Of a stretch of 64,000 nt of DNA, positions 28,018 to 37,404 are shown one piece after another (positions within the stretch are counted from its first letter, which is position 1; each line of letters opens with the position of its first letter). A program made the translations under genes and the position numbers. The notes under the pieces were generated by a model that saw nothing but the letters and a program-made list of their open reading frames with translations, was not told the origin of the DNA and ran no database searches. This DNA comes from Bacteroidota bacterium (lineage in GTDB: Bacteria > Bacteroidota > Bacteroidia > JABDFU01), in NCBI GenBank assembly GCA_016183775.1, contig JACPDY010000001.1, positions 2,190-66,189 on the forward strand, in the 5' to 3' direction.

Positions 28018-29898
28018 ATGTGCGGTATCACCGGTATAATAGCCTTTACTGAAAAAGGCAAACAACAGATGCGTCTCATCAATGCGTCGGTAAATACCTT
28101 GATACGACGTGGACCTGATGGGGAAGGTATATATACACATAGTAATGTCGCCCTTGGTCATCGCCGCCTTTCCATAATTGATACAACGAATGCTGCTTCA
28201 CAACCTTTCACCGATCATTCAGGCAGGTATACAATTATTTATAACGGAGAATTCTTTAATTATAAAGAATACAGGGATAAGCTTCTTCAAAAAGGTATTC
28301 CGCTCCGATCATCAAGTGATACAGAGGTATTACTCTATTCGTTCATTGAATATGGAGCAGCTTGTCTGGAAAAGATAAATGGCTTTTTTTCATTAGCCAT
28401 ATATGATAAGCAGGAGCAAAGTGTATTTATTGCGCGCGACAGGTATGGAGTAAAGCCGCTGCTGGTTTACCAAAATGAAAATATTTTTGCTTTTGCTTCC
28501 GAAATGAAAGCTCTGCTCACCTATGGTATTCCCCGCGAGCTTGATCCTGTTTCTCTTTTCACTTATTTGCAGCTGAATTATATTCCTTCTCCGAATTCAA
28601 TATTTACAGGTGTTTCAAAGTTGGAGCCCGGCCATTATATGACAATAAAGAACGGACAAGTGCAGAAGAATTGCTATTATAAAATCCCTTATTGTGAGAA
28701 CATTACTGTAGCAGCTGATTATGATACCGCTCAAAAACAATTAGCCGGTCTTCTTGAAGAATCCGTACAAAAGCGTTTGATCTCGGATGTGCCGTTGGGC
28801 TGCTTTTTAAGTGGTGGTATTGATTCCTCAGTCATTGCAGTATTGGCGGCGAGGCATACGACTCATTTAAAAACATTTTCGATCGGCTATAAAGAGGAAG
28901 CTTTGTTTGATGAAACACATTATGCACAACTTGTCGCAAAAAGGCATAAGACTGATCACACTGTTTTTTTGCTCAGCAATGATGATCTCTTTGGGAATCT
29001 TTACCAGGTACTTGATTACCTGGATGAACCCTTTGCTGATTCATCAGCGCTCGCGGTACATATTTTAAGTATGCATACCCGGAAACATGTTACCGTTGCA
29101 CTTTCTGGTGATGGGGCGGACGAACTCTTTGCCGGTTACAATAAACATGCTGCAGAATTTAAAATGCGGAATAACAGATCACTTGCATCGTTTGCAGGTT
29201 TAACCAAACCTTTGTGGGGTATTTTACCTGGATCCCGTGGCTCGTCACTTGGCAATAAAGTGAGGCAGCTTGAGAAGTTCAGCATGGGTGCACGATTGTC
29301 GGAAAAGGAAAGATACTGGAGTTGGGCCGGTTATGCGGATGAAAGCACTGTTTGCAAAATTTTTAAAACAAAATTCAGTAACGATCTGTATAACGACCGC
29401 AAACGGGGGTTGTTAAAAAACATTAATAATGATTTTAATTCTGTTTTACTGACCGATATGAACCTGGTACTGCAAAATGATATGCTTACAAAGGTTGATT
29501 CGATGTCAATGGCGAATAGCCTCGAGGTACGTACTCCTTTCCTGGATTATAATGTTGTAAACTTCGCTTTTGGTTTGCCGGCAAATTATAAGATAAATAA
29601 TAACAGCAGGAAGCGTATACTTAAAGACGCATTTCGATCACAATTACCTGCTGAAATATTCAAAAGAGGAAAACATGGCTTTGAAGTGCCTTTGTTAAAA
29701 TGGTTCAGAACAGATCTTAAATCGATGATAACAGACGATCTTTTAAGCGAAGGTTTTATACGCGAACAAGGTTTGTTTGATTATGTAAGTGTAAAATTAT
29801 TGCTTCGTCAACTTTTTTCTTCCAGCCCCGGTGATTCAACAGCAAGGGTTTGGGGATTGATCGTTTTTCAATATTGGTGGAAAAAATATATGTGTTAA
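28018..29898 (+). CDS. asnB: Asparagine synthase (glutamine-hydrolysing) family amidotransferase
   Basis: The N-terminal nucleophile MCGI is present, with HRRLSIID in the Ntn amidotransferase domain and the SGGIDSS PP-loop. Confidence 0.9.
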   Translation: MCGITGIIAFTEKGKQQMRLINASVNTLIRRGPDGEGIYTHSNVALGHRRLSIIDTTNAASQPFTDHSGRYTIIYNGEFFNYKEYRDKLLQKGIPLRSSSDTEVLLYSFIEYGAACLEKINGFFSLAIYDKQEQSVFIARDRYGVKPLLVYQNENIFAFASEMKALLTYGIPRELDPVSLFTYLQLNYIPSPNSIFTGVSKLEPGHYMTIKNGQVQKNCYYKIPYCENITVAADYDTAQKQLAGLLEESVQKRLISDVPLGCFLSGGIDSSVIAVLAARHTTHLKTFSIGYKEEALFDETHYAQLVAKRHKTDHTVFLLSNDDLFGNLYQVLDYLDEPFADSSALAVHILSMHTRKHVTVALSGDGADELFAGYNKHAAEFKMRNNRSLASFAGLTKPLWGILPGSRGSSLGNKVRQLEKFSMGARLSEKERYWSWAGYADESTVCKIFKTKFSNDLYNDRKRGLLKNINNDFNSVLLTDMNLVLQNDMLTKVDSMSMANSLEVRTPFLDYNVVNFAFGLPANYKINNNSRKRILKDAFRSQLPAEIFKRGKHGFEVPLLKWFRTDLKSMITDDLLSEGFIREQGLFDYVSVKLLLRQLFSSSPGDSTARVWGLIVFQYWWKKYMC

Positions 29899-29932
29899 AG
29901 TAAATTTAATATTGGGAGGTAAAAAGTATTTT

Positions 29933-30031
29933 GAATAATGAATATCGAACAAGGAATAATGAATTTCGGGGTTCACCCGCACTTTTTTGTTTTTTCATTA
30001 TTCGAAATTCCTTGTTCGATATTCGTTATTC
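29933..30031. repeat. Inverted heptamer-array element, GAANNNN family (5 x 7 nt per arm)
   Basis: GAATAAT GAATATC GAACAAG GAATAAT GAATTTC (29933-29967) faces ATTATTC GAAATTC CTTGTTC GATATTC GTTATTC (29997-30031). The outer ~24 bp pair, with one G-T. It lies in the asnB-GT4 spacer. Confidence 0.85.
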
Positions 30032-30089
30032 AATTTTATTGCAATTGCCAGCAAATATTGAGAAATAACATTAAGTAGTTCGCAACCTT

Positions 30090-31274
30090 ATGCCAAAAGT
30101 ATTACGTATCATCAACCGTTTCAATCTTGGAGGCCCGACATATAATGTCGCATACCTGACTAAATATCTGGCACCCGAATTTGAGACATTGCTAATTGGC
30201 GGCATGAAAGATGAATCAGAAGCAAGCTCAGATTACATTGTGAAAAAACTGGGTATTGATCCGGTCATCATTCCTTCAATGAAGCGTTCGATCAATCCTT
30301 TCAATGATTTTGTGGCGTACAGAGAGCTGAAAAAAATCATCAAAGACTTTAAACCTGATATTGTACATACTCATGCGGCAAAAGCCGGAACCCTGGGAAG
30401 GTTGGCGGCATTTTCGTGTAATGTTCCTGTCGTGGTTCATACTTTTCACGGGCATGTGTTTCATAGTTATTTCGGTTCTTTCAGAACAACCATCTTTAAA
30501 GCTATTGAGCGTCAGTTAGCCAGATGTACCACAGCTATTATTGCTATTAGTGATAAACAGAAAGATGAATTGGCCAACCTCCATAAAATTGCACCTGCTG
30601 AAAAAATAAAAGTCATTCCTCTGGGTTTTGATCTGGACCGTTTTCGGGAGAATGGGGAGCAAAAGCGTACTTCATTCAGAAAACAGTATAATATTGATGA
30701 TGATGAGATCGCCGTTGGAATTATCGGACGACTTGTTCCTGTGAAGAATCATAAATTATTCCTACAGGCCATTCAATATGTTTTAAATAATACAACAAAA
30801 AAAGTAAGAGCTTTCATTATTGGCGACGGAGAAGAGAAGCCCGCTATTATTGAACAGGCGAAAACTCTTAAACTGAAGTATTTTGAAGGTAGCCAAAGTT
30901 CTTCTAAGGCAGCCTTGACTTTTACCTCGTGGATAATGGATGTTGATTGGGCACTTGCCGGCTTGGATATTTTATGTTTAACCTCATTTAACGAGGGAAC
31001 TCCGGTAAGCCTGATTGAAGCTCAGGCAGCAGGTAAACCTATTGTTTCAACCAATGTTGGTGGTATTGAAAATATTGTGCTGGAGGGTCAGACAGCGCTT
31101 CTTGCCGGCGTAGAAGAACCTGAAAAGTACTGCGACCAGTTGTTAAAATTGGTCGAAAATGACAATCTTCGTCAACAATTCAGCTTAAAAGGCTGGAATT
31201 TTGTAAAAGAAAAATTTCATTATACCCGGCTTATTTCCGAAATGCAGACACTTTACCATACTTTACTCCATTGA
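30090..31274 (+). CDS. Glycosyltransferase family 4 (GT-B, RfaG-like)
   Basis: 394 aa with the C-terminal E..G....EA.A.G.P.V....GG..E motif region (FNEGTPVSLIEAQAAGKPIVSTNVGGIENIV). Confidence 0.85.
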   Translation: MPKVLRIINRFNLGGPTYNVAYLTKYLAPEFETLLIGGMKDESEASSDYIVKKLGIDPVIIPSMKRSINPFNDFVAYRELKKIIKDFKPDIVHTHAAKAGTLGRLAAFSCNVPVVVHTFHGHVFHSYFGSFRTTIFKAIERQLARCTTAIIAISDKQKDELANLHKIAPAEKIKVIPLGFDLDRFRENGEQKRTSFRKQYNIDDDEIAVGIIGRLVPVKNHKLFLQAIQYVLNNTTKKVRAFIIGDGEEKPAIIEQAKTLKLKYFEGSQSSSKAALTFTSWIMDVDWALAGLDILCLTSFNEGTPVSLIEAQAAGKPIVSTNVGGIENIVLEGQTALLAGVEEPEKYCDQLLKLVENDNLRQQFSLKGWNFVKEKFHYTRLISEMQTLYHTLLH

Positions 31275-31390
31275 AGGTAATTTATTACAGGCTGTAAATG
31301 AGCAAATTAATAATTTTTGAGTACTTTTGGGTCCGTTTTAGCCTACATCAATAATTTAACCTGATGTCATACTAGTATTTCACTATAGCT

Positions 31391-32155
31391 ATGAAAAAAA
31401 TAGTACCCTTTCTTCTTGTCGCAATTGTGTTCACCGGCTGCAGAATCATGAATCCCAGTTTGATGCTGAAAACCCCCAAAGGCTATCAATATTCTCAAAT
31501 GAAAGATACTGTTGCTAACCTGGAGTATAGGATATCCCCGAATGATGTTATTGAATTAAGGGTATTTTCAAATGACGGGTTTAAACTTACCGATGTTACA
31601 AGTACAAATACTCCGGGCTTTATTAATGTAAATCAGGGAACTCTTCCTTATACAGTTGACGTCGAGGGGAATGCAAAGCTCCCTGTGCTTGGAAATATTT
31701 CACTGAAGGGACTTACAATACGTGAGGCTCAACTGATGCTCGAAGAGAAGTATAGTTTATACTATATCAGGCCTTTTATTTTGTTGAAGGTCACAAGCCG
31801 CAGGGTAATTATATTCCCGGGCACCGGCGGTACAAGCAAGGTCATCATCCTTGATCATAATAATATTACATTATTGGAAGGCCTGGCTATGGCCGGGGGA
31901 TTATCATACGACGGAAAAGCGTATCAGATAAAACTGATCAGGAGGACTCCCGGTAAGCCGTCCGAAGTATATCATATAGATCTTTCTACGATTGATGGAC
32001 TAAAACAAGGGAATATCGTTTTGCAATCAAATGATATTATTTATGTTCAGCAACGTATCAGGATCAGTCAGGGAATTGTTACTGAACTCAGTCCGATCAT
32101 CAGTATCATATCTTCTTTTCTTTTGGTGTACACAGTAATAAACCTGAGAAAATAA
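31391..32155 (+). CDS. wza: Polysaccharide export outer-membrane protein (Wza-like: Poly_export + SLBB)
   Basis: Lipoprotein signal ...VFTGC, then YRISPNDVIELRVF (Poly_export), then an SLBB-like segment ending ...TLLEGLAMAGGL. Confidence 0.8.
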   Translation: MKKIVPFLLVAIVFTGCRIMNPSLMLKTPKGYQYSQMKDTVANLEYRISPNDVIELRVFSNDGFKLTDVTSTNTPGFINVNQGTLPYTVDVEGNAKLPVLGNISLKGLTIREAQLMLEEKYSLYYIRPFILLKVTSRRVIIFPGTGGTSKVIILDHNNITLLEGLAMAGGLSYDGKAYQIKLIRRTPGKPSEVYHIDLSTIDGLKQGNIVLQSNDIIYVQQRIRISQGIVTELSPIISIISSFLLVYTVINLRK

Positions 32156-32175
32156 TTCAAATTATCTGATCCAAC

Positions 32176-34644
32176 ATGTTTCAGGACGTCACCAGTTCGC
32201 AGCAAAATCTCGATCAGTATAAAGAGCGATTAGAGAAAATAGGCTCCGAATTTGAATTGGGATTGTTCGTTCATATACTTACCAAAAGTATTATATGGAT
32301 ACTGCTTTTTTTGGTGATCTCAATATTTTCCTGTTTCCTGTATTTGCGATATGCACAGCCTATATATGAATCCTCCACTATTTTACAGTTGCGATCAGAT
32401 AACACTCCGAATAAGTTACTCAATTTTCAATCTATAGGAGCAGAAGAAAGTAATCCTATTCCTCAGGCCATAGAATTTTTGCGTTCGCGCGATTTCATGA
32501 AGCGGGCCCTTTCCAAACTTCCATTGCAGGTGGGCTATTTCAGTGAAGGCACTTTCAAAAGTATGGAATCATATACATCAACACCCTATACTGTTGAAAT
32601 ATCGAATAGTGTTCCTTCGGTCCAGGGTGTTAAAATACATATCGAGTTCCATGACAAAACATCCGGACAAATATCATTCACTACAAATGAAGTAAACCAT
32701 AGTTTTGCTTTTAAAGAGAACCTTTGGCTGACTACGCCGTTTTTTTCTTTTAAGGTCACCATCCGTGATTATAATTCTATTGCTGATCAGCAAAGTATTG
32801 TAAAGAAAACATCTTTCTTTTTTACTATTAACTCCATGGAGAGTGTGGTAAACCAGTGTTTTCCCAAGTTGGAAGTAAAGTTATTGAGTGATGCGGCAAA
32901 GACTATTAGAATAGCGTACAAGGGAGCTAATCCGGTAAAAGCAACAGACATTATTGAATCAATTGCCGATGAATTTATTCTTTCAGATATTGAACGTAAA
33001 AGTGAAAGTGCTGAAAAAATACTCAGTTTCATTGATGCACAGCTTGAGATTTCGGGTAAAAAACTGCACGATGCGGAGGCTTCCTTGCAGGAGTTTAAAA
33101 AGGCAAATCCCTCTCAGGAAAATGAGGTTGTTGCTACTGCCAAAGCATCCAGGGTTAGTGAACTTGAAGATAAAATTGTGTCCAACCAGATACAGGTTGA
33201 GCTCCTGGAAAATGTGGTCAAAAAGGTAGAGATGTCGCAATCAATTGATGCATATAACCTTTTGTCGATCCTGGCAGGTACTGAGTATGAACTTGCGATT
33301 CGCATTCCGGTTGATAACCTCCAGAAGTTGTTGGTGAAGAAGGAGGAGCTGCTTTATGAGGTTACACCGAACAGTGAAACGATAAAGACCATAAATTTCC
33401 AGATAGAAATTCAGAAAAAGCTGCTGATAGAACCAATCCGTTCGCTTGAACAGCGCATAAAGGATAAGGTTGGCAATCTTCAGACCAAGTCGGATGAGTT
33501 GAGGGCTAATTTTTATGCGGTTCCCGAAAATGAACTGGAATATGCTAAACTTCAGCGCTTATATAATATCAATGAAAAGTATTACATCCTTTTGCTGGAG
33601 AAGAAAACAGAATACTCCATATCCAAAGAAGGTAATGTTTCTAAGAATATATTCCTTGAAAAACCCGTAGTTCCAAAGGCTCCTGTTTCTCCGAACAGGA
33701 CTGTCGCGCTTAGTATATCTATTTCGCTCGGGTTTTTTTGCAGTTTATTGCTTGTTTTTATCCGTTACCTGCTGCATAACGATATCAACTCCTTGCACCA
33801 GATATCCAAACAAACAAATAGTTCTATCTCCGCACTGGGTATCATTCCCAGGTATAAAAAGGATATTCCGGTATCCCAGTTACTGGTTGATAAGAATCCC
33901 AAGTCTCTTATTGCTGAAGCTTTTCGTTCAGTCAGAGCTAATTTGCAATTCATTTCCACTGAAACCGGACCCAAGATCATGGCTGTGACATCCACGATCT
34001 CCGGTGAGGGAAAAACATTTGTGGCGATCAACCTTGCAGGTATCATAGCCTACTCAGGCAAAAAAGTTATTATCCTTGACCTTGATATGCGTAAACCAAA
34101 GATCCACCTTGGGTTCAATGTGCAAAATATCAAAGGAATGAGTACCATGCTGATCGGAAAAGACAGCCCTCTTGAATGTATCCAGCACAGTTCTCTTGAG
34201 AATCTTGATTTCATTACCGCAGGCCCTATTCCGCCAAATCCGTCAGAACTCATCCTCAGTAAACGTATGGATGAATTACTTACTTACCTGAAAGAATTGT
34301 ATGACATGATCATTATTGATAACCCTCCGATCGGCCTTGTTACGGATGGCATATCCATGATACAGCGGGCAGATTACCCGATATACATATTTCGTGCAGA
34401 ATATTCAAAAAGAAATTTTATTCAAAACCTTGATCGGCTATATAACGAAAATCATATCAAGCGCCTTTCTATTATTCTTAATGGTGTTGATGTTGAGGGT
34501 AACCGCTATGGGTACTATAACTATGGTTACGGTTACGGTTACGGCTATGGTTACGGTTATGGCTATGGCTACTATGACGAGCAGCATACAAAGGCCGGCA
34601 GGTCTTTTTTAAAGCGATTCCTGAATTGGTTCAAACGAGGATAG
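32176..34644 (+). CDS. wzc: Chain-length determinant / BY-kinase (Wzc-like tyrosine autokinase)
   Basis: Wzz-type N-terminal domain with two TM segments, a coiled-coil periplasmic region, Walker A TSTISGEGKT and Walker A'/B (ILDLDMRKP, IIIDNPP). The C-terminal tyrosine cluster is YGYYNYGYGYGYGYGYGYGYGYY. Confidence 0.88.
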   Translation: MFQDVTSSQQNLDQYKERLEKIGSEFELGLFVHILTKSIIWILLFLVISIFSCFLYLRYAQPIYESSTILQLRSDNTPNKLLNFQSIGAEESNPIPQAIEFLRSRDFMKRALSKLPLQVGYFSEGTFKSMESYTSTPYTVEISNSVPSVQGVKIHIEFHDKTSGQISFTTNEVNHSFAFKENLWLTTPFFSFKVTIRDYNSIADQQSIVKKTSFFFTINSMESVVNQCFPKLEVKLLSDAAKTIRIAYKGANPVKATDIIESIADEFILSDIERKSESAEKILSFIDAQLEISGKKLHDAEASLQEFKKANPSQENEVVATAKASRVSELEDKIVSNQIQVELLENVVKKVEMSQSIDAYNLLSILAGTEYELAIRIPVDNLQKLLVKKEELLYEVTPNSETIKTINFQIEIQKKLLIEPIRSLEQRIKDKVGNLQTKSDELRANFYAVPENELEYAKLQRLYNINEKYYILLLEKKTEYSISKEGNVSKNIFLEKPVVPKAPVSPNRTVALSISISLGFFCSLLLVFIRYLLHNDINSLHQISKQTNSSISALGIIPRYKKDIPVSQLLVDKNPKSLIAEAFRSVRANLQFISTETGPKIMAVTSTISGEGKTFVAINLAGIIAYSGKKVIILDLDMRKPKIHLGFNVQNIKGMSTMLIGKDSPLECIQHSSLENLDFITAGPIPPNPSELILSKRMDELLTYLKELYDMIIIDNPPIGLVTDGISMIQRADYPIYIFRAEYSKRNFIQNLDRLYNENHIKRLSIILNGVDVEGNRYGYYNYGYGYGYGYGYGYGYGYYDEQHTKAGRSFLKRFLNWFKRG

Positions 34645-35187
34645 ATGGATATCATTAAAACTCCGCTTGAAGGATTGTTGGTCTTAAAACCTAAGGTTTT
34701 TGAGGACACAAGGGGGTGTTTTTATGAGTCGTATAATAAAGTTGTTTTTGACGAAAAGTTACCTCCGGTTACTTTTCTTCAGGACAATCAGTCTCATTCA
34801 AAAAAAAATGTCGTGCGGGGTTTGCATTTTCAGTCTCCGCCCTTTGCACAGGTTAAACTTGTGCGCGTTGTGAAAGGTGCCGTAATTGACATTGCTGTGG
34901 ATATCCGCAAAAACTCATCAACTTACGGAAAGCATTTTAAAGTCGAGCTGAATGAACACGACCAAACTATGATCTGGATCCCGGAGGGTTTTGCGCATGG
35001 TTTTGCCGCATTGGCTGATGACACTGTTTTTGTGTATAAATGTTCTAACCTGTATAGTAAATCAAGCGAGGTATGTATTGTGTGGAATGACCCGGATCTG
35101 GGTATTGACTGGGAAATCGACCAACCCTTAATTTCTGAAAAGGATCAGCAGGGTATATCCTTTAAGGAGTATCAGGGTTTGTTTTAA
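34645..35187 (+). CDS. rfbC: dTDP-4-dehydrorhamnose 3,5-epimerase
   Basis: Motifs RGLHFQ, VDIRKNSSTYGKH and IPEGFAHGF. Confidence 0.92.
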   Translation: MDIIKTPLEGLLVLKPKVFEDTRGCFYESYNKVVFDEKLPPVTFLQDNQSHSKKNVVRGLHFQSPPFAQVKLVRVVKGAVIDIAVDIRKNSSTYGKHFKVELNEHDQTMIWIPEGFAHGFAALADDTVFVYKCSNLYSKSSEVCIVWNDPDLGIDWEIDQPLISEKDQQGISFKEYQGLF

Positions 35188-35234
35188 GCCCCTATTTGAC
35201 TACCTTTGCAGCCCTTGATGGGATTATTTTTTCG

Positions 35235-36320
35235 ATGGAAAATACCAGGCTATTGTCCTACATATTGTTTTTCGTGATCATTACAGTATTTTCGATATTG
35301 CTGAATGGATTATTGTTGAAATTCTCAAAAACACTCGGGATACGGAACGAAAAGGATACCATCATCCGCTGGAATACCCAGTCAAAGCCTTCTGTTGGCG
35401 GAATTTCATTTTACGTTGCATTCCTCTTAAGTATTTCCGGCTTTTCTTTTTTTTACGGAAATGTTTCCATCATAGGCAATGATCAGTTCCTTGGCATAGT
35501 AGCATCATGCACGGTCGCATTCCTGATGGGTTTAGCCGATGATGCGTATAATACCAAGCCGTTATTGAAATTCCTGGCACAGGTTCTGTGCGCATTGATC
35601 TTAATAATTTCAGGAATAGGCATACATATTTTTCCGAATGTATGGGCGAATTACCTGTTCACCATATTCTGGGTGGTGGGTATGATGAATTCAATCAATA
35701 TGCTCGACAATATGGACGCCATTACTGCAACCGTATCTGTAACTATTATTATTGCTGCACTATTGATCATTGCCATGAATCATGACTTTTCAACGAATAT
35801 CCACGTACTCCTGCTTTTTGGTATTATGGGCGCACTGATCGGTTTCCTGTATTATAACTGGTATCCCTCCAAATTATTTATGGGAGATACCGGCAGCCAG
35901 TTTCTTGGCGTATTTCTCGCTGCTATCGGGATCCTTTATTTCTGGAATTCATCTGATTCAACCGGCCACCTGGTTCAATCGAAGCAATTCTTTGTGAGCA
36001 TCCTGTCGTTCATTATTCCCATTTGTGATACTACAACTGTTGTCATCAATCGGTTGATGCGTAAGCAATCACCTTTTATCGGCGGGAAAGATCATACCAC
36101 ACATCATCTGTCTTATATGGGCCTCTCTGATACGCAGGTTTCTCTTGTATTTGCAGGCCTTTCATTTATTTCCATGCTATGCACGATTTTTATCATCTAT
36201 TATATAGCTGATTGGGGGTATATTCACATTGCCATTTTCGGAGTATATTTTCTTTTCGTTTTTGGGCTGCTGTTCTATATTTCAAAAATATCAAAACCTA
36301 AAACCTTTGATACCAGGTAA
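35235..36320 (+). CDS. Polyprenyl-phosphate N-acetylhexosamine-1-phosphate transferase (MraY/WecA family, initiating glycosyltransferase)
   Basis: Multi-TM protein with GLADDAYNTKP, NSINMLDNMD and MGDTGSQFLG motifs. The track start at 35196 is a TTG; the ATG at 35235 is preferred. Confidence 0.8.
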   Translation: MENTRLLSYILFFVIITVFSILLNGLLLKFSKTLGIRNEKDTIIRWNTQSKPSVGGISFYVAFLLSISGFSFFYGNVSIIGNDQFLGIVASCTVAFLMGLADDAYNTKPLLKFLAQVLCALILIISGIGIHIFPNVWANYLFTIFWVVGMMNSINMLDNMDAITATVSVTIIIAALLIIAMNHDFSTNIHVLLLFGIMGALIGFLYYNWYPSKLFMGDTGSQFLGVFLAAIGILYFWNSSDSTGHLVQSKQFFVSILSFIIPICDTTTVVINRLMRKQSPFIGGKDHTTHHLSYMGLSDTQVSLVFAGLSFISMLCTIFIIYYIADWGYIHIAIFGVYFLFVFGLLFYISKISKPKTFDTR

Positions 36321-37404
36321 GATCATAGATGCGGTTAAAATATTTTGGAACCGGTCAAAAAGATCACTTCTCGCTTTTTGTTGTTTCCTGCTGCTTTTTG
36401 TAGTTGTAAAGGTGTTTAATTTTTCAACCGGCGCGGGTAATTCGGATACAGGAAGCAAGGATTATTTCAATTCACATTTTAAAACAGTTGGAATAAATAT
36501 TCCAAAGGACTTGAGTTTTTCGGGTGAAAAAGTTCCGCTGAACGATTTTGCGATCGTTGAATCGCTTGACAGGGAGCTCCTTGTCAATACCTATTGGCAA
36601 TCACAAACACTTCTGTTATTCAAACGTGCAAACCGCTGGTTCCCGATCATTGAACCAATACTTAAGCGTAACGGGATCCCCGATGATTTTAAATATATTG
36701 CGGTTGTTGAAAGTGGTCTCCTTAATATTATTTCTCCCGCTAAGGCAACAGGTTACTGGCAAATTGTGGAAGAGACAGGTAAAACATACGGTCTTGAGAT
36801 AAATGATATGGTTGATGAACGTTACAGTATGGAGAAATCTACTGAGGCCGCCTGTAAATACTTCAGGGAAGCATATAAAAAGTTTAACAATTGGACACTT
36901 GCTGCTGCTTCATACAATATGGGTATTAGTGGTGTTGCCGTTCAACTGGAGAAGCAAAAGGTGAATAATTATTATGATCTGTATTTAAATGACGAAACGG
37001 CGCGTTATATGTTCCGTGTACTTGCCGTAAAAGATATTTTATCGCGTCCAAAGGCTTATGGTTTTATGCTTCGCAAACAGGATCTTTACCGGCCTATTCC
37101 TACAAGGAATGTGGCGGTTGATTCATCGGTAACTGACCTCGCTGATTTTGCCCTGAGCCAGGGGATCAATTACAAATTACTTAAACTGCTTAATCCCTGG
37201 CTCAGATCTTCATCATTAATTAATGAAGGAAGAAAAGTGTATCAGGTTGAACTTCCCGGTAAAGGCGTCAATATTTTTGAGTGGGATGAGTTCGCTGACC
37301 AGGGGCTAGCATCAACACAGGCAGATAGCGCAGAAATATTTTCGAAAATCGATTCTGTTCGTGATTCAACAATAAAAGGTTCTGCATCTGACAATGGACT
37401 CTAA
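36229..37404 (+). CDS. Lytic murein transglycosylase (SLT family 1, MltD-like)
   Basis: SLT motifs AVVESGL (catalytic E-S), ATGYWQI and AASYNMG. The start is uncertain: the TTG at 36229 overlaps the upstream gene by 92 nt, and there is no in-frame ATG before the TM segment [14 protein letters not shown]. Confidence 0.75.
   Translation: MPFSEYIFFSFLGCCSIFQKYQNLKPLIPGKIIDAVKIFWNRSKRSLLAFCCFLLLFVVVKVFNFSTGAGNSDTGSKDYFNSHFKTVGINIPKDLSFSGEKVPLNDFAIVESLDRELLVNTYWQSQTLLLFKRANRWFPIIEPILKRNGIPDDFKYIAVVESGLLNIISPAKATGYWQIVEETGKTYGLEINDMVDERYSMEKSTEAACKYFREAYKKFNNWTLAAASYNMGISGVAVQLEKQKVNNYYDLYLNDETARYMFRVLAVKDILSRPKAYGFMLRKQDLYRPIPTRNVAVDSSVTDLADFALSQGINYKLLKLLNPWLRSSSLINEGRKVYQVELPGKGVNIFEWDEFADQGLASTQADSAEIFSKIDSVRDSTIKGSASDNGL

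Noticed and set aside
34394-34612. 72-aa ORF overlapping the end of wzc
   Set aside because: It is an alternative frame of the GGTTAC repeat (it gives VTVTVTAMVTVMAMAT) and lies entirely inside the well-supported Wzc-like CDS.
36229-36320. 92-nt overlap between the WecA-like gene and the lytic transglycosylase ORF as a programmed overlap
   Set aside because: This is most likely a start-codon assignment problem. The only in-frame candidate upstream of the TM segment is the TTG at 36229. A non-canonical start after 36320 cannot be excluded, so no biological claim is made.
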